This document shows positions 51,456-64,000 of a stretch of 64,000 nucleotides of DNA, one piece after another. Source of the stretch: the human T2T-CHM13v2.0 reference genome, Homo sapiens. The translations under genes were made by a program, and so were the position numbers. The first letter of the stretch is position 1, and each line of letters starts with the position of its first letter. The notes beneath the pieces are model-generated. The model saw only the letters and a program-made list of their open reading frames with translations. It ran no database searches and was not told the DNA's origin. Where the stretch lies: the NCBI RefSeq assembly GCF_009914755.1, contig NC_060931.1. One strand, written 5' to 3'.

Positions 51456-51629
51456 TATTTTTATTTTTTTAGAGATGGGGTATCACTCTGTTGCCCAAGC
51501 TGGGGTCCAGTGGCTATTCACAGGTGTGATCACAGTGCACCGCAGCCTTGATCTGCAGGCCTGAAGCAATCCTCCCACCTCAGCCTCTGAAGTAGCTGGG
51601 ACTACAGACAAGTGCCACTGTGCCTGGCA
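51456..51629 (-). mobile_element. Alu monomer (FRAM/AluJ right arm), antisense on +
   Basis: T-rich tail plus single arm; TSD CCAACATGCATTT on both sides. Confidence 0.85.
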
Positions 51630-52831
51630 CCAACATGCATTTTTGGGGGCACATTTTGAGAGGTATGGGTACAGATTCTTTTTTAAAATTCTAGGCTCTA
51701 GAATGCTTCTCCTGAGTTTAGTCTCAGCCCGGATCCCAGCTGGCTGAGTGACTGAGGGTGAGTCGATTTTTATTTCTGGACCTCAGTTTTGATGTCTATA
51801 CAATGGGGCCAACCTGCCATCCTACCTAAGAAGCAATGGCCTATGGGAGGCCTGGGGTGGGGTGCATTGAGATTAGTCTGCCCTGGAGACCACACGAGGG
51901 GGTGCACTGTCTATAGAGAATTTAGAAATTCTATTCAAACTGAATAAAAGTCAGTTGACTTTTAATTATCACCAAGTGTTGGCAATTTGAAACAAAGTTA
52001 GTGATGAAATACTCCTTCCTGCCAGGGAGAGCCACCCCTCCACCCTACCCAACCCCTGTGTTGATTCTCCACTGCTGGAGGGGCAGAGAGAGTGGAGGTG
52101 AGGACCAAGGGCTGGAGGCCCCCCTGCCCATTGAGTGGCCTCCCTGCAGAACCCCTGTGGCTCACATTTTGCAGAATCACTTTCTCAGGGCGGGTGAATG
52201 TTTTTCCCTCTCAATTTGGACTTCATCTGGGGCAAAGTCCCAGCCCCACTGAGGACTATGCTGGGTAATGAGGAGGGGATGGAGCTGAGATGTATCCTTT
52301 CAGGTCAGGAATGAGGCGTAGCCTCAAGGAGAGGAGTTCGGTGCCTCAGCAGCACTGAATTGAATTCCAGAGCGAGAGCTGGAGCAGGGCTCCAGAGAGG
52401 CAGAGCAGGACCCAGCTTCTCATGGGGACAGCCCTTGGGGGGCTGCATTTGTTTCCATGTGGAGTCACAGAATCAGAATGCCAGATGGGGAAACTGAGGC
52501 CCAGAGGGAGAGGAAGGTGTGCAGTCACACAACCCCTAAGATGTTAGGAGCATTGATTACACGGTTATTCCCTTTTTGTGTCACATGCCACCTTGGCTTT
52601 GTCCTCTAGCAGCCCAAGCTCTCTTGAAGGTAGGACTCCATGTCCCCCTTCTCTACTCCCCTACAGTGTCACTAAGCACAGGGCAGGACACTGGGGGCAG
52701 GGGCAGGAGGTACAGAAGGGAGTGACTGGGTGACAAAAGGACTGGTCTGCCCCCCTTGGGATCTTCTCTGCTCAACCTGAGTCCAAATACCTGTGTGAGG
52801 CCTGGGGTCACAGCAGGTGAGGGCCACTCAC

Positions 52832-52917
52832 CTTGTCATCCAAAATGGGCTCACACTGTGAGTAGTTGATCTTTGAGGCCCACGTCCCATTCTCCAAGCA
52901 TTCTCGATAGGCATTCC
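52832..52917 (-). CDS. CRHR2: CRHR2 exon 3 (86 nt; [28 protein letters not shown]), extracellular domain
   Basis: ttttttgtag| acceptor, |gtgagt donor; class B ECD motif; exons 1-2 lie beyond the window. Confidence 0.96.
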
Positions 52918-53329
52918 CTACAAAAAATGCCAACTGCCAAGAGTCAGGTCACTCCCCTCCTCAAGAACCCTCCCTGGCTCCCTGGTGCCCACAGGATAAG
53001 GTGTACGCACCTCAGCTCTCCTAGGGCAGCAAATACAATGTGCATCTGAAAGTTTACATGTAAGTCACTTATGTGAAAATAGCACAAAAGGCTCATCTTA
53101 CAAAATAGCTAAAGGCATGCTAAAACCCATTTTAGACACAATCTTTGACTAGCATTTTGTACACTTTCATTTTGTTCATTTGCTTCAAAACTGAATCCAA
53201 CTGTGAGGAGTGGGTTGTGCCTGAAGATTCACTGCTTTCAGCATGCCACATAATTTACATCCTTGTCTCAATTGTTTTATATTTATGAGGTCCATACTTC
53301 ACCAATATCAGCACTTCCATTTTTATAAT

Positions 53330-53570
53330 AGCTACCATTTATATAGCATATGTTTCCCATGTACCACTTCCTCTTCTAACTGCTATGGATATACATGTCA
53401 ATTCAATCTCCACAACCATCCCATGAAGGAGGCATTAATATGAACCCATTTCAAAGAGGAGGAAACTGAGGCATAAAGAGATTAAGCTACTGGCCAAGGA
53501 TACAAAGATGACAAGAGGATTCAAACTCAGAAGTTGTGGCTTCGGGTCTTCTGTTCTTAACCTTTAGGCC
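53330..53570. mobile_element. MIR fragment
   Basis: CCCATTTCAAAGAGGAGGAAACTGAGGCATAAAGAGATTAAG core. Confidence 0.65.
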
Positions 53571-55149
53571 ATATCAAGTAGTGGCAAACAGGAATGAGTG
53601 AATGCTGGGGACTCAGGGCTGGGCCACCGCCCTCGGGCTGCTGCTGCCTGGGAGGCTACCACGAGATGTTTCTAAATGTTCAAGAACCAGCCTCTGTATT
53701 TAAGTTGGAACATGATTTAAGTGTGAAAAGACATTTCAAGCAGCAATGTCCTGTGCACAAAAGTGCAGGTTTTGTCAAGGGGGAAGGTAGGAAAGTTAAA
53801 AAATGCTCACATTTGCCTTTCTCTCTATCTCAGCTCCAACTGTCAAGGTCTGGCTCCTAAGCCACCCCCTCCATACACCAGCTCCAATCAGGAGGAAGCC
53901 CTCCCACCTGAGAAGGCCCGGAGCTCTCGAAGCCTGCCTCTGCTTGGCCTTCATCACTAGTGTGTTTCTGACCTACCGGGTGGGTTACAAATGCTGAACG
54001 TTCCATTGTTTGGGGGTGATTTGTACCAGGGTTCAGCTCTCTGACTAATGGGCAGTTGTCTGTGAATTTTTCTTTCTAGCATATGTTAGATGTACAATGT
54101 AAAGCTAATTAAAATAAATAGCTTGCAGAGCACAGAGTTGCAGAGCTGGAGGGGGAACCTTAGGTTGTTTTTGGAAGCAGTGTGTTCTGAAATAATTAAG
54201 TTACTTAAAAACCCACTTCCGTTGAGCCCGATGAGTTGGAAGCAATGGAATTGGGAAGGAGCACTTGCCGAAGAGCAAAATCAATGGGGAAGATTCTATT
54301 AGCTTAATTGTTTTTTAGTTTGGTGCCTGGAGCTCATCCATTCTTCAAACCCAGGGACGTGACTGGCCTATTCCTTCCTCCTGGGCCAAGGCCCATCCCT
54401 GGCAGGGCCCTGCCATCCCCCTGCCAAGTGAGTCAGGGAATGCCCTGGTCTGATGCTGATTCTGACTCTCAGGAAGAGGAAGCCTGCTCCCCACCCCTAG
54501 CCATGGCGCCCAACTCCCCAGGTGGGGTCTAATTTGATACCTAGCACTATCTTTCCTTACCAACATTCGTGCTCATGAAAGAGAAAGGTTACCTCAACTC
54601 GTGAGGGTCAGTGATAGTGATGTCACTGAACTAAAAAAGCAAAAGTATGTAAGGAGGGTAAGTTCTTTTGTGAAATGAACAGTCCCTCCCTGATGGGGGT
54701 TTACGGTGCCTCTGAACAGTCTATGTGAGGTGAGGCAGACCAGGATCCTGCCTGTGCTTCAAAGGGCAGAAAAATTTATCTTCTATATGTTCATAGATAT
54801 TATCCAGCTTTCCTGAAGCTCAGTGCTAGGCCCCTTCCTTCAGGAAGACCTCCTTGATTGCTTCTACTCTATAGCTCTCTCTCTCCTGAGCACCTCCAGT
54901 CCTGACCGCCTGAGCCCCACACTCCAGCCCTTGCCCCATGACCAGCCTGGAGCTGTCTAGGTGAGTGAGTCTGGTCACTCTGATCAATGTGGGGGCTCCC
55001 TGAGGACAGGGCCTTGGAATACTTGTTTCCCGAATATGATATCTCATGGTGGCACTGATCATGGGGTGGGCTTGCAGGTGGGAGGGGGTCAGGATAGAAA
55101 TGCTGCAAATCAGAGACCTTTCCTCTCCCTCACACCAATGCCCATGGGG

Positions 55150-55690
55150 TCCCAAGTTCCATGGATTCTGTCTCCTCCTTTTCTTTTTCCAGAGTCAACT
55201 CCCCTCCTGCCCATCCCTCCATCTGCTCTCTAGTCTTCTTGCCTGGGCTGCTACAACAGCCTCCTCTCCTCTTGCCTCCCTGCTTCTTTTCTTGCCACCT
55301 TGACCATGTTGATTTCTGCTTAAAGCCATCAGTGGCTCTTTATTGTGCTCAAGAATAAAGTCCAATTTCTTAGCATGATAGTCAAGGCCCTTGACACCCA
55401 GGTCCCAGCCTAACTGTCCTGACCCATCTCCAGCATTCTACATGGCCACTGGCATTGGCACAAATAGGTTTGGCACATACCCTCTTTGTGTGGATCCACC
55501 ACTTAAAGCACCTCCTCCTTCTTACCCACTGCTCACGGATGAACTCCTACCCATCTTTAACCCCACACTCAAATGCCGCCTCCTGCATGGAGCCATCCCC
55601 GACACCCTTAGGTCTGAAGCAGTCCTTTCTTTGTTTCCTCCTCTATCCCTTCCCTTCTCTTGTAACGTAGTTTTTCCACTTTATTGCCCT
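55150..55690. mobile_element. L2 fragment
   Basis: CTGCTTAAAGCCATCAGTGGCTC...AGAATAAAGTCCAA...TCAAGGCCCT motifs. Confidence 0.5.
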
Positions 55691-57121
55691 TGAACCACAA
55701 TAACACATACATTTTATGTTATAATCCAGTACACACACACACACACAAACACAGAATCCAGCTGTACTATTTTCCTTTCCAGCCTATTCTAATGTCTTCT
55801 ATTCATTTCACACACACTGATCATGACCCACTAAATTGACTCCACAGTCCACTCTTGTGTCACAATCCATAGTTTGAAAAATACAAATTCTGTTTTAGTG
55901 CATTTGCCATAATTCACTATGAACTTCATCTCTTTGGACCTAATCCTTCTTTTCTTTGCTACTGGACTTGAGCTCCTTGGGGATAGACAAGTAAGTAGAA
56001 GCCATATTGGAGCCACCATATCTCCCTCAGGACAGAGCCATTGAGGAAATGTCGGCTGAACAGAATTGACTCAGACCTGCTGACCCCTGGGAAAGCAGGT
56101 GGGATGCAGAAGCGGGAGGGGACTTCCCTCTCTGGCAGCCCAGCCCTGCCTGCAGATGAGCTTCTGGTTACAGACACTGGGTATCAAAGGACTGGAGGAT
56201 AGATGTGCCCCACTCTTCAGGGGAGCTGTCTGCTGTGGCCAATGAGGGCACTGGGCCCTCAGGCACAGCCTCGGACAGGAGGGAGTAAGACAGAAAGAAT
56301 CTCATCCACCCCGTGGGAAACGTAGACGGATGGGCACACACTCTGAGGGCTGATGGCAAGGCTAGAATTGTGGGGCTGGATGCAGAGAGGTGGGTGCCCA
56401 TTACCATAGCAACACAGGTGCCCCTGCTGAGGATCAGTGCTGATGATGTGGAGTGTGGGCTTCCAGGGGCATTAGGGTCTGAATGATGCAGGCAGGGTCT
56501 TCTCTTGCAGGACTCTGTAGTCTGGGAGGCCTGGTTTCCATGCCCAGAGTGGCCCAGGCCTGCCAAAAACCCCCATTACAATGGGCTCTCCCCGTTTCAG
56601 ATGCTGACACTTTGCAAAGAGTTCCTGGTTCAGGCAGTTACCTGGGGTGGTCCTGAAGCCTGGCTGGGACATGAGACCCTATATTCTAGCTGTAGTTTTG
56701 TCTCTAGATAGCTAGGTGACCATGACTAAGCCCCTTCCCTCTTGGTCTCAGTTTTGCCTCTTAGAAATATTACAGTAAATTGATTCTCTATGATGTTATT
56801 GGCATCTCAGGTGGATCAATTATATGTTATGTGAGACTCCCCAGTCTACTAAATGCCAGTTAGCACCCTCAAGCTATTGTGACAACTCCAAGCATCCTGA
56901 CATCACCATCAAATGGTTGGCACTTCTATCTCTGATACCTTCTGGAAAGACATGGACCATAGGAGACAGGGACCATGAGGGACTACTTTTGGTGGTAGTT
57001 TTGGGGGAAGGAGTACAAGGGACAGGGGTAGGCATGGGGAAAAGAGTTAATGGGACTGTGGTAAGGCACAACAATGGGGTCATTGGCTATTTGCAAAGAA
57101 AAGGACAGGAAGTGAGGGAGA

Positions 57122-57589
<468 letters not shown>

Positions 57590-58805
57590 TCACTACATGG
57601 GATCGGAACTTTCAGCACCGCGGACAGCACAACTCCATTCTTCATCCCTGCCTATCTCTAAGGTTGGGGACCTCGGAGAGCTCCTAAGAACCAGCCTTCC
57701 CACCCGATATTCCGACCTTGGCCATGGGCCCAGCCCATTGAGGTCAAGCTAATTCATGCCCCTTTTCAAGGCCCAGCTCCAGCCCCAGCTCCTCCAGGTA
57801 GTTTCCATGACTGTTCCAGCTCCCCAAGGGTCCAGCTGCTTGTGACTGCCTGGCTCATGCTAGGCTGGGATTGATCTTTCACTGACCCCTATAAAGGTGT
57901 TGTACTTTCCTAACCAGCCCAGGTTCTCTGGAGCAGAAGTTTACCTTATTTTGTACAAGGCTGAGAGCCTCTAAAGGCATGTCCTGGGTTGCTGTCATCT
58001 CTGGCCTTTTCTTAAGCACTGCACAGAGCTGAGCACACAGGATCTCAGGATGGACCAAAGCTGATGCTGTTTCCTAGGTTACTTGGGAACTCATTGAAGG
58101 TAGGAGGCTCAGAGTGGGCCAGGAGGACAGTCTGCCACCTTGTATGCCCATGCTTCACCAAGATGCATGGCAAATACAAAACAGTCACACATACATGCAG
58201 GAGGAAGCCAGGTCTCACACAAAGACACCATGGGTAGGCTGACCCAGCTGCCAAAACTGCAGACATTGCAGTCCAACCCCACATGGGGGAGGGGTGTCAG
58301 TCTCAAACAGCAAACCTGTGGGCAGCATTCTCCAGGTTCCTGGCATGAAAGCTTTGACTGTTCCAAGGGAAGCAAGTTGGAAACTGAGTTATCAGGCATC
58401 TCCTTGGGAATTAGGAAGGAAGACAACTTCTGCATTTGGTCTGGTGGGACCAGAAGAGAGAAACTGACACATCTGGGGTCACTCAACCATGAAGAGGCAG
58501 AAGATCTCTCTCCCTTGGGACACGCTTCCTCACGGGAGACCCTGGAGTTGGTGTACCTAGGAGAGACAGGCTCTCCCTGTGACCCTGTGTTTCAGCAGAT
58601 GCAGCCAGTTATGCCACCTCTTCAGTGTCATTACCACTTGGTGTCCAGATCCTCAGAAGAGAATACCTTAGGGGCGAGATATCCCACCCTCAGTTCCCTT
58701 TACTGCCTGTAGTTGGGCCACTCCAGATCCAGCCATCTTCTTGTCTGGCCTGGGGCCTAGTTGAGAAATCTTTGACCATGACTTTGAGTCACCTTTCTTA
58801 CCTAC

Positions 58806-59202
<397 letters not shown>

Positions 59203-62200
59203 TAAGAGACTTTTGGGGAAGGTGGACAGAGCTGGGGTGGTCAGACGTACAGTCCTAGTACTAACAGCATGGTTTTCCTGAGCTTCCCAAACGAGGTGCA
59301 TCTCCTTGAGTCAGCATCCTGCATTGCTTGGAGGCCACTGCAGGTTAAGGAGGACTGACCAACTTTGAGGCCCACCTGGCATATTTCTGTCTTGATCCGA
59401 TCACAGCAAATTGGTGGTCAGAGGGGAACAGGCAGCTGGTGATGTTCACCCAAGCTCAGACCCAGACTGACGTAGAAGTGCTAGATTGAGTTTGGGAGTC
59501 TAATATTGCCAACCCCAGCCACTGGGTGGGAAAGGCATCCCCAGGGCCCTTTGCTGGTGCTGTCTGGGATTCAGGCCAGGGAGCTTGGATTCCATTTCTT
59601 AGTGTTATATGGACACAGCTCTCTGAGCCTCGACTGCCTGTTCTGGACCTTCAGAGACCCTCAACTCCCTATTTCCACAGGACTTTTCACTCATGGTGCC
59701 CTGCCATCCTTAAGCAGGACCTGTAAGCACACTTACAGGAGACAGTGGGGAAACTGAGTCATAGAGGCACTGAGCAGTTTAATGGAGACCATACTGGGTC
59801 TATGAAAAAGGGAAGGGGGAGTGGAACCCAGCTCACTGTGTAAGCTCTGCCCTCCCCAGAGAGGGGCAGTGGGAGGAGGCCCCTACCTCATGCTCCCGCC
59901 TCTACTGTACAGGGCTCCCTCCTTCCAGCCATCCTAGCAACACTCAGTGGGCTCGTCGCCATGACGCCAGCCTGTGGAGGAAAGTGGGGAGGGGACCAAC
60001 ACAGGACCCCTGTGGCAGAAGCTGCCTTGGAACTGAGAAACATCACTAGAACTCATCAAGCCCTCCACCCACCTGGTGCAGATGAACTGAGGTCTGAAGA
60101 GGGGAGACCACCTGCCCAAAGGGAGAAAAGCAGTCAGTAGGATGGCCGGGATTAGATCTGGCTCTCAGTTCCTAGTTCCTATGAAGTAATGCAGGGAGAA
60201 GACAGCTGGCTGGCAGGATGCCAGCAGCATCCCTCCAGGGGGGCAAGGGGCTGCCTTTCTCTACAGGCTTTTAGGGACCAGACCTTCTCAATCTAGATAG
60301 ACAGAATTCTCCCTCCCAGGACATCCCCAGAAGCCACAGAGTTCTGGGGGCTCTCAGAGATAGCAGGAGACCACCACCCCAGAATGAGGATAGCCATTCT
60401 TGGTGTGAGCGGGATTTCCCCTACCCAAGGACATGATGGCCCCTCCTTCCAGGCCCCAGGCCACCTTCAACTCCCCTCCCCTTGCTGACAATGCCTTAGC
60501 TGTCTACAGGGAGCCCCAAGCAGCATCATCTCCCCTGTGTGCCATGGCCCCACGAGGTCAGCATGTTCTCTGTCCCCTTCACACAGATAAGAAAACTGGG
60601 ACTTGGACAAGGAGGGCCTGCCAGTCCCTCAGTGAGTCATGGCAAACCCAGGACTTAGATCCAGCCCTGCTAAATCTGAGCCCAGGTTCCTCCCACTCTC
60701 CCTTGCCCCAGCTGCTCTCCTGGCAGGTGCTGTGTGTGAAAGGGACCACCTGCCTGACTCTGAAGCACCTGGTGAGGGTGGGCAGTCAGAGGGGCCCAAA
60801 TGCCTGTACCTGGGGCCCAGCCAAGAAGCCCTGTGGGGAGCTCCCTGAGGATCACTGAGATGGGGCTCCTCCTTCAGCCCGTCTTCAGGGCTCCAGGCTC
60901 TGCTGTGGCACTGGTGGTAAGGAGTGCACAGGGAAGGATGCTGGGACCTCTGACTTAAGGAGCAGGTGGGAGGAGAGGAAAGGGCCAAGGCCCAGGTCCC
61001 CAGCCAGCCCTTGATTGAGATTTAGATGGCACATTTTGAAAAGCAGTATCCTTCCAGAGTATTCTGGTCCTGTGCCATAGGGCTACGGACAAGCAGCCGC
61101 TGTCTCTAAAGCCAGCAGAATCGAGGCCCATGCCCTGGTCCAACATTTGAGGCCTCCATGATCTGGCTTATTCTTCCCTCCCTCCTCTTCCACTTCCGCT
61201 CCCACCCTCCCTTCCATCTGACACATCATTAGCTCAATTTTTCAAGGCACTGTTCAACAACACTTCCTCCATGAAGTCTTCCAAATTTACTTTCCCTTAC
61301 TCTTGGAATAACTCCCTTCCATGTGCTCTGACTGTCTTCACTGTGCTATTTTACTTGGGAGCCTATATCAAAAAGTTCTCTTTGAGAGTCTGCCTGTCTG
61401 TCACTCTTCCTAGAACAGGAGCCCCTGGAAGGCAGGCTCAGGTCTTATGCATCTTTGAAAAGCTTGTCTCTAGGCTCCTCAATTCTTTCTGGGGGAAAGG
61501 GTAAAATACTCAGAACCCCAATAAGGGGTGAGCCTGAGCAAGACGATTAGGTGGCTGGAGGATTCCTGGGGAGAGCAGGAGACAGGAAAGATCAAGATGC
61601 ATGCAGAGGTGGGTAGAAGCTAGAGCAGAAGCCAGGAGTTCCCAGAGCCAGCAGAGGCCTATCAGGGCCCAGACTTGCTGTAGAACTCTGAGCAGCTGTG
61701 TTTCCCTCTCCTGGCCAGTCATTTCCTACCCTTAAGTGGGGAGGGGAAGGCTGGACTCGGAACATAGAGCGCTCTGCAGCCGGGCAGCTCTGGGGTGTCT
61801 GGATGGCCACAAGGGCATCCACTTCTGCTCTATTTCTCTTCCTTCCTTCTTTTCTTAGCTAAACCTCTGTGATGGCCATGCCTGTCCCACCTTCCCTCTC
61901 TCCCAGCAGGGAAGTTGTTCTCACACATGGAGTAACTTGTGGCCCTTGGAGAATGGAATAGAGTCAGGGGGGATCAGGTCTCGCTGGAGTCTGAGAATGC
62001 AGACCTGAGTTTCCGGATTTACAGCTTCTACTTCTTCAACCCAGAGGGCAGGGTCTATCTGAGGTCCTCCTGAGGCTTGCACCCCTGCACTGCGCCTGTC
62101 CTTAACAAATGTGGCATCCCAACTGCTCCAAGACCTTTAAAGTTTACCCCCACTCCCTCCAGAAAGCCTCCCAGGAATGTCCCAGTGTCCACCAAGCCCC

Positions 62201-62689
62201 TCTTCCCGATCTCTGACTGTTGATTTGCACAAGCCTCCTTGATAAGCAGCCTGGGGCTTCCTGAGGGCAGGTCTCAGCCTTTCTTATCACCTCTGACTCT
62301 TAGGGCTGAAGAAGGGATTCCTGCATAAGCAGGCAGACCCAATGGGAGAGACCCCTCTGGCTGGAGACCACTCAGCTTATGTGTTTCCATTGTAACACAA
62401 TCAGTGCTTAAGCATGTCTCTAGAATGGGGTTCTGGGAAGTGGGGACCCCTAACCTCCCCATGTGGCTAGGTTAGATGGGATGCCCCTTCTTCCCCTGTC
62501 CTGGCAGATGCCTCAGTACAGATGACCCCAGCCATTCCCAGTAGGACATTGCGGAGCTTGAGGTCAAGGAGGCTGAGGCTCAGCCAAGCTGCACTTAGTG
62601 GTTCCACAGAAGGAAAATGGACCATGGCCAGGAGGGAGGTGGCAAGACCCTCCTTTGCAGCCAAAAGGACCGTAGGGACAGGCAAGATG

Positions 62690-62940
62690 AGGTGCAGGAG
62701 GAGGGCAGATAGAAGGAGGGATGGGAGTGGGGAGACAGTGGGTTTGGAGATGGAGTCGGGGGATGAAGAAGGCAGTAGGGAGAGATGGAGAAAGAGAGAG
62801 AGAGGTAGAAAATGAGAGAATCTGAGAAAGACAGAAACATACACCCAGAAACAGAACCACACATAGAGAAAATCAGAAACAGACAGGGAGACAATGAGAG
62901 AGACACAGAGACAGAGATGTACACACAGAGATGGGCTCAG
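62690..62940. repeat. GA-rich low-complexity tract
   Basis: Purine-rich GAGA/CAGA repeats. Confidence 0.7.
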
Positions 62941-63378
62941 AGGAGTCCGTGTGGAATGGGGAGAGGTGGGAGGAAAATGGAATATAAGTGCCCCACTTCT
63001 GGCCAAACCACTTCCATGCTAATCCACTTCCTTTCGGCCTACAGACAGGGAGACAGGCCCACAAAAGGGATGAGACTTGCCCCAATTAAATTGTATATGG
63101 ACATTTAGGATTGTTTCTAGCCACCCAGGATTTGAACCTGGGTTCGGAGAATCCTGGGGTAAGACCGAGGCTACCTCCCCGCCTAGAGCTAAAATGCCAG
63201 ATCCTTACTTCCCAGGATCCCTTGTAGCCAGAGCTTTGGCATGGGATTTGGGGCTCCACATATTCCCCCACCCATCAGATGCACCTACCCGAGGGAATTA
63301 GTGAACTGGAGGCCCCCAGATGGAGACAGGGAGAAAGCCTCTCCAGAGATAACTGCAGGAAGCTTAAGACTCCAGGTT

Positions 63379-63623
63379 GGCCAGGTGCAGTGGCTCACGC
63401 CTATACTCCCAGCACTTTGGGAGCCAGAGACAGGAGGATCGCTTGAGTCTGGGAGTTCAAGACCAGCTCTGGCAAAATGGCAAGATCCCAACTCTACAAA
63501 AAATTTAAAAATTAGCCAGGTGTGGTGGCATGTGCCTGCAGTCTCAGCTACTCGGGAGGCTGAGGCAGGAGGATTGCTTGGGCACAGGAGTTTGAGATTG
63601 CAGTGATCTTTGATCATGCCACT
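63379..63623 (+). mobile_element. Alu (AluJ-like) lacking its 3' end and poly(A)
   Basis: GGCCAGGTGCAGTGGCTCAC start; Alu similarity stops at ...GATCATGCCACT. Confidence 0.87.
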
Positions 63624-63819
63624 AGTGGTGGCCAGGGCTGGTGGTGTTGGCAGGGCCTTTCAGGGAGAGGGAGGTCCCCTCACAGGGCCAGCTCTGCCCT
63701 GTGTTCTTGGCTTGGGGCCCCAAATCTGGTTCTCTAGCCCACTCAGTGATTCCATAAGCTCCCCAATATCTTTTTAAAAAATTTCTTCTCTGCTTAACCT
63801 AGCAGAGTTGCTTTTTGAA

Positions 63820-63975
63820 AGGCAGCAGAACCTGGGTTTGAATCCTTGTTCTGTTACAAGTGACTTCATTGCTCCACACCTCAGTTTCCCCATGTGTAAA
63901 ATGAGGATAATGCCATGTCTCTGTCACTCGATGGTGCAAGGATTAAATGAGTTAAACCACAGTACAAACATGTGG
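63820..63975. mobile_element. MIR fragment
   Basis: CCTCAGTTTCCCCATGTGTAAAATGAGGATAAT...GGATTAAATGAGTTAA. Confidence 0.7.
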
Positions 63976-64000
63976 AAGCTCAGCCACTGAAGCGCCAGCA

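Overview
Human-type genomic DNA that I recognise as the GARS1-CRHR2 interval on 7p14, from exact splicing of the exons into the known proteins. The + strand carries the last nine exons (9-17) of GARS1 (glycyl-tRNA synthetase; 1502-~19635). One of its introns is a minor-spliceosome U12-type AT-AC intron (7106-7921). The - strand carries exons 3-12 of CRHR2 (class B GPCR; 52917 down to ~37550), and intron 2 runs off the right edge. The two genes converge. Between them lies a full-length, ORF-disrupted L1PA2/3-like LINE-1 on the - strand (22413-28434). The most notable structure read directly from the sequence is a ~465-bp 3' transduction carried by this L1 (21948-22412): the 15-bp target-site duplication GGAAGGTCAGATTCT brackets the L1 plus this extra segment, which has its own AATAAA and second poly(A) tail. 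The L1 keeps an open antisense ORF0 and an open endonuclease domain. Other items: a MADE1 MITE split by an Alu, an inverted Alu pair next to GARS1 exon 13, a NAGNAG acceptor and an in-frame 42-nt TM7 exon in CRHR2, and an Alu tail converted to a compound trinucleotide array. I see no evidence of a new protein-coding gene. Most ORFs in the track come from Alus or are chance ORFs in GC-rich sequence. Old-repeat names and boundaries are approximate, from pattern recognition only.
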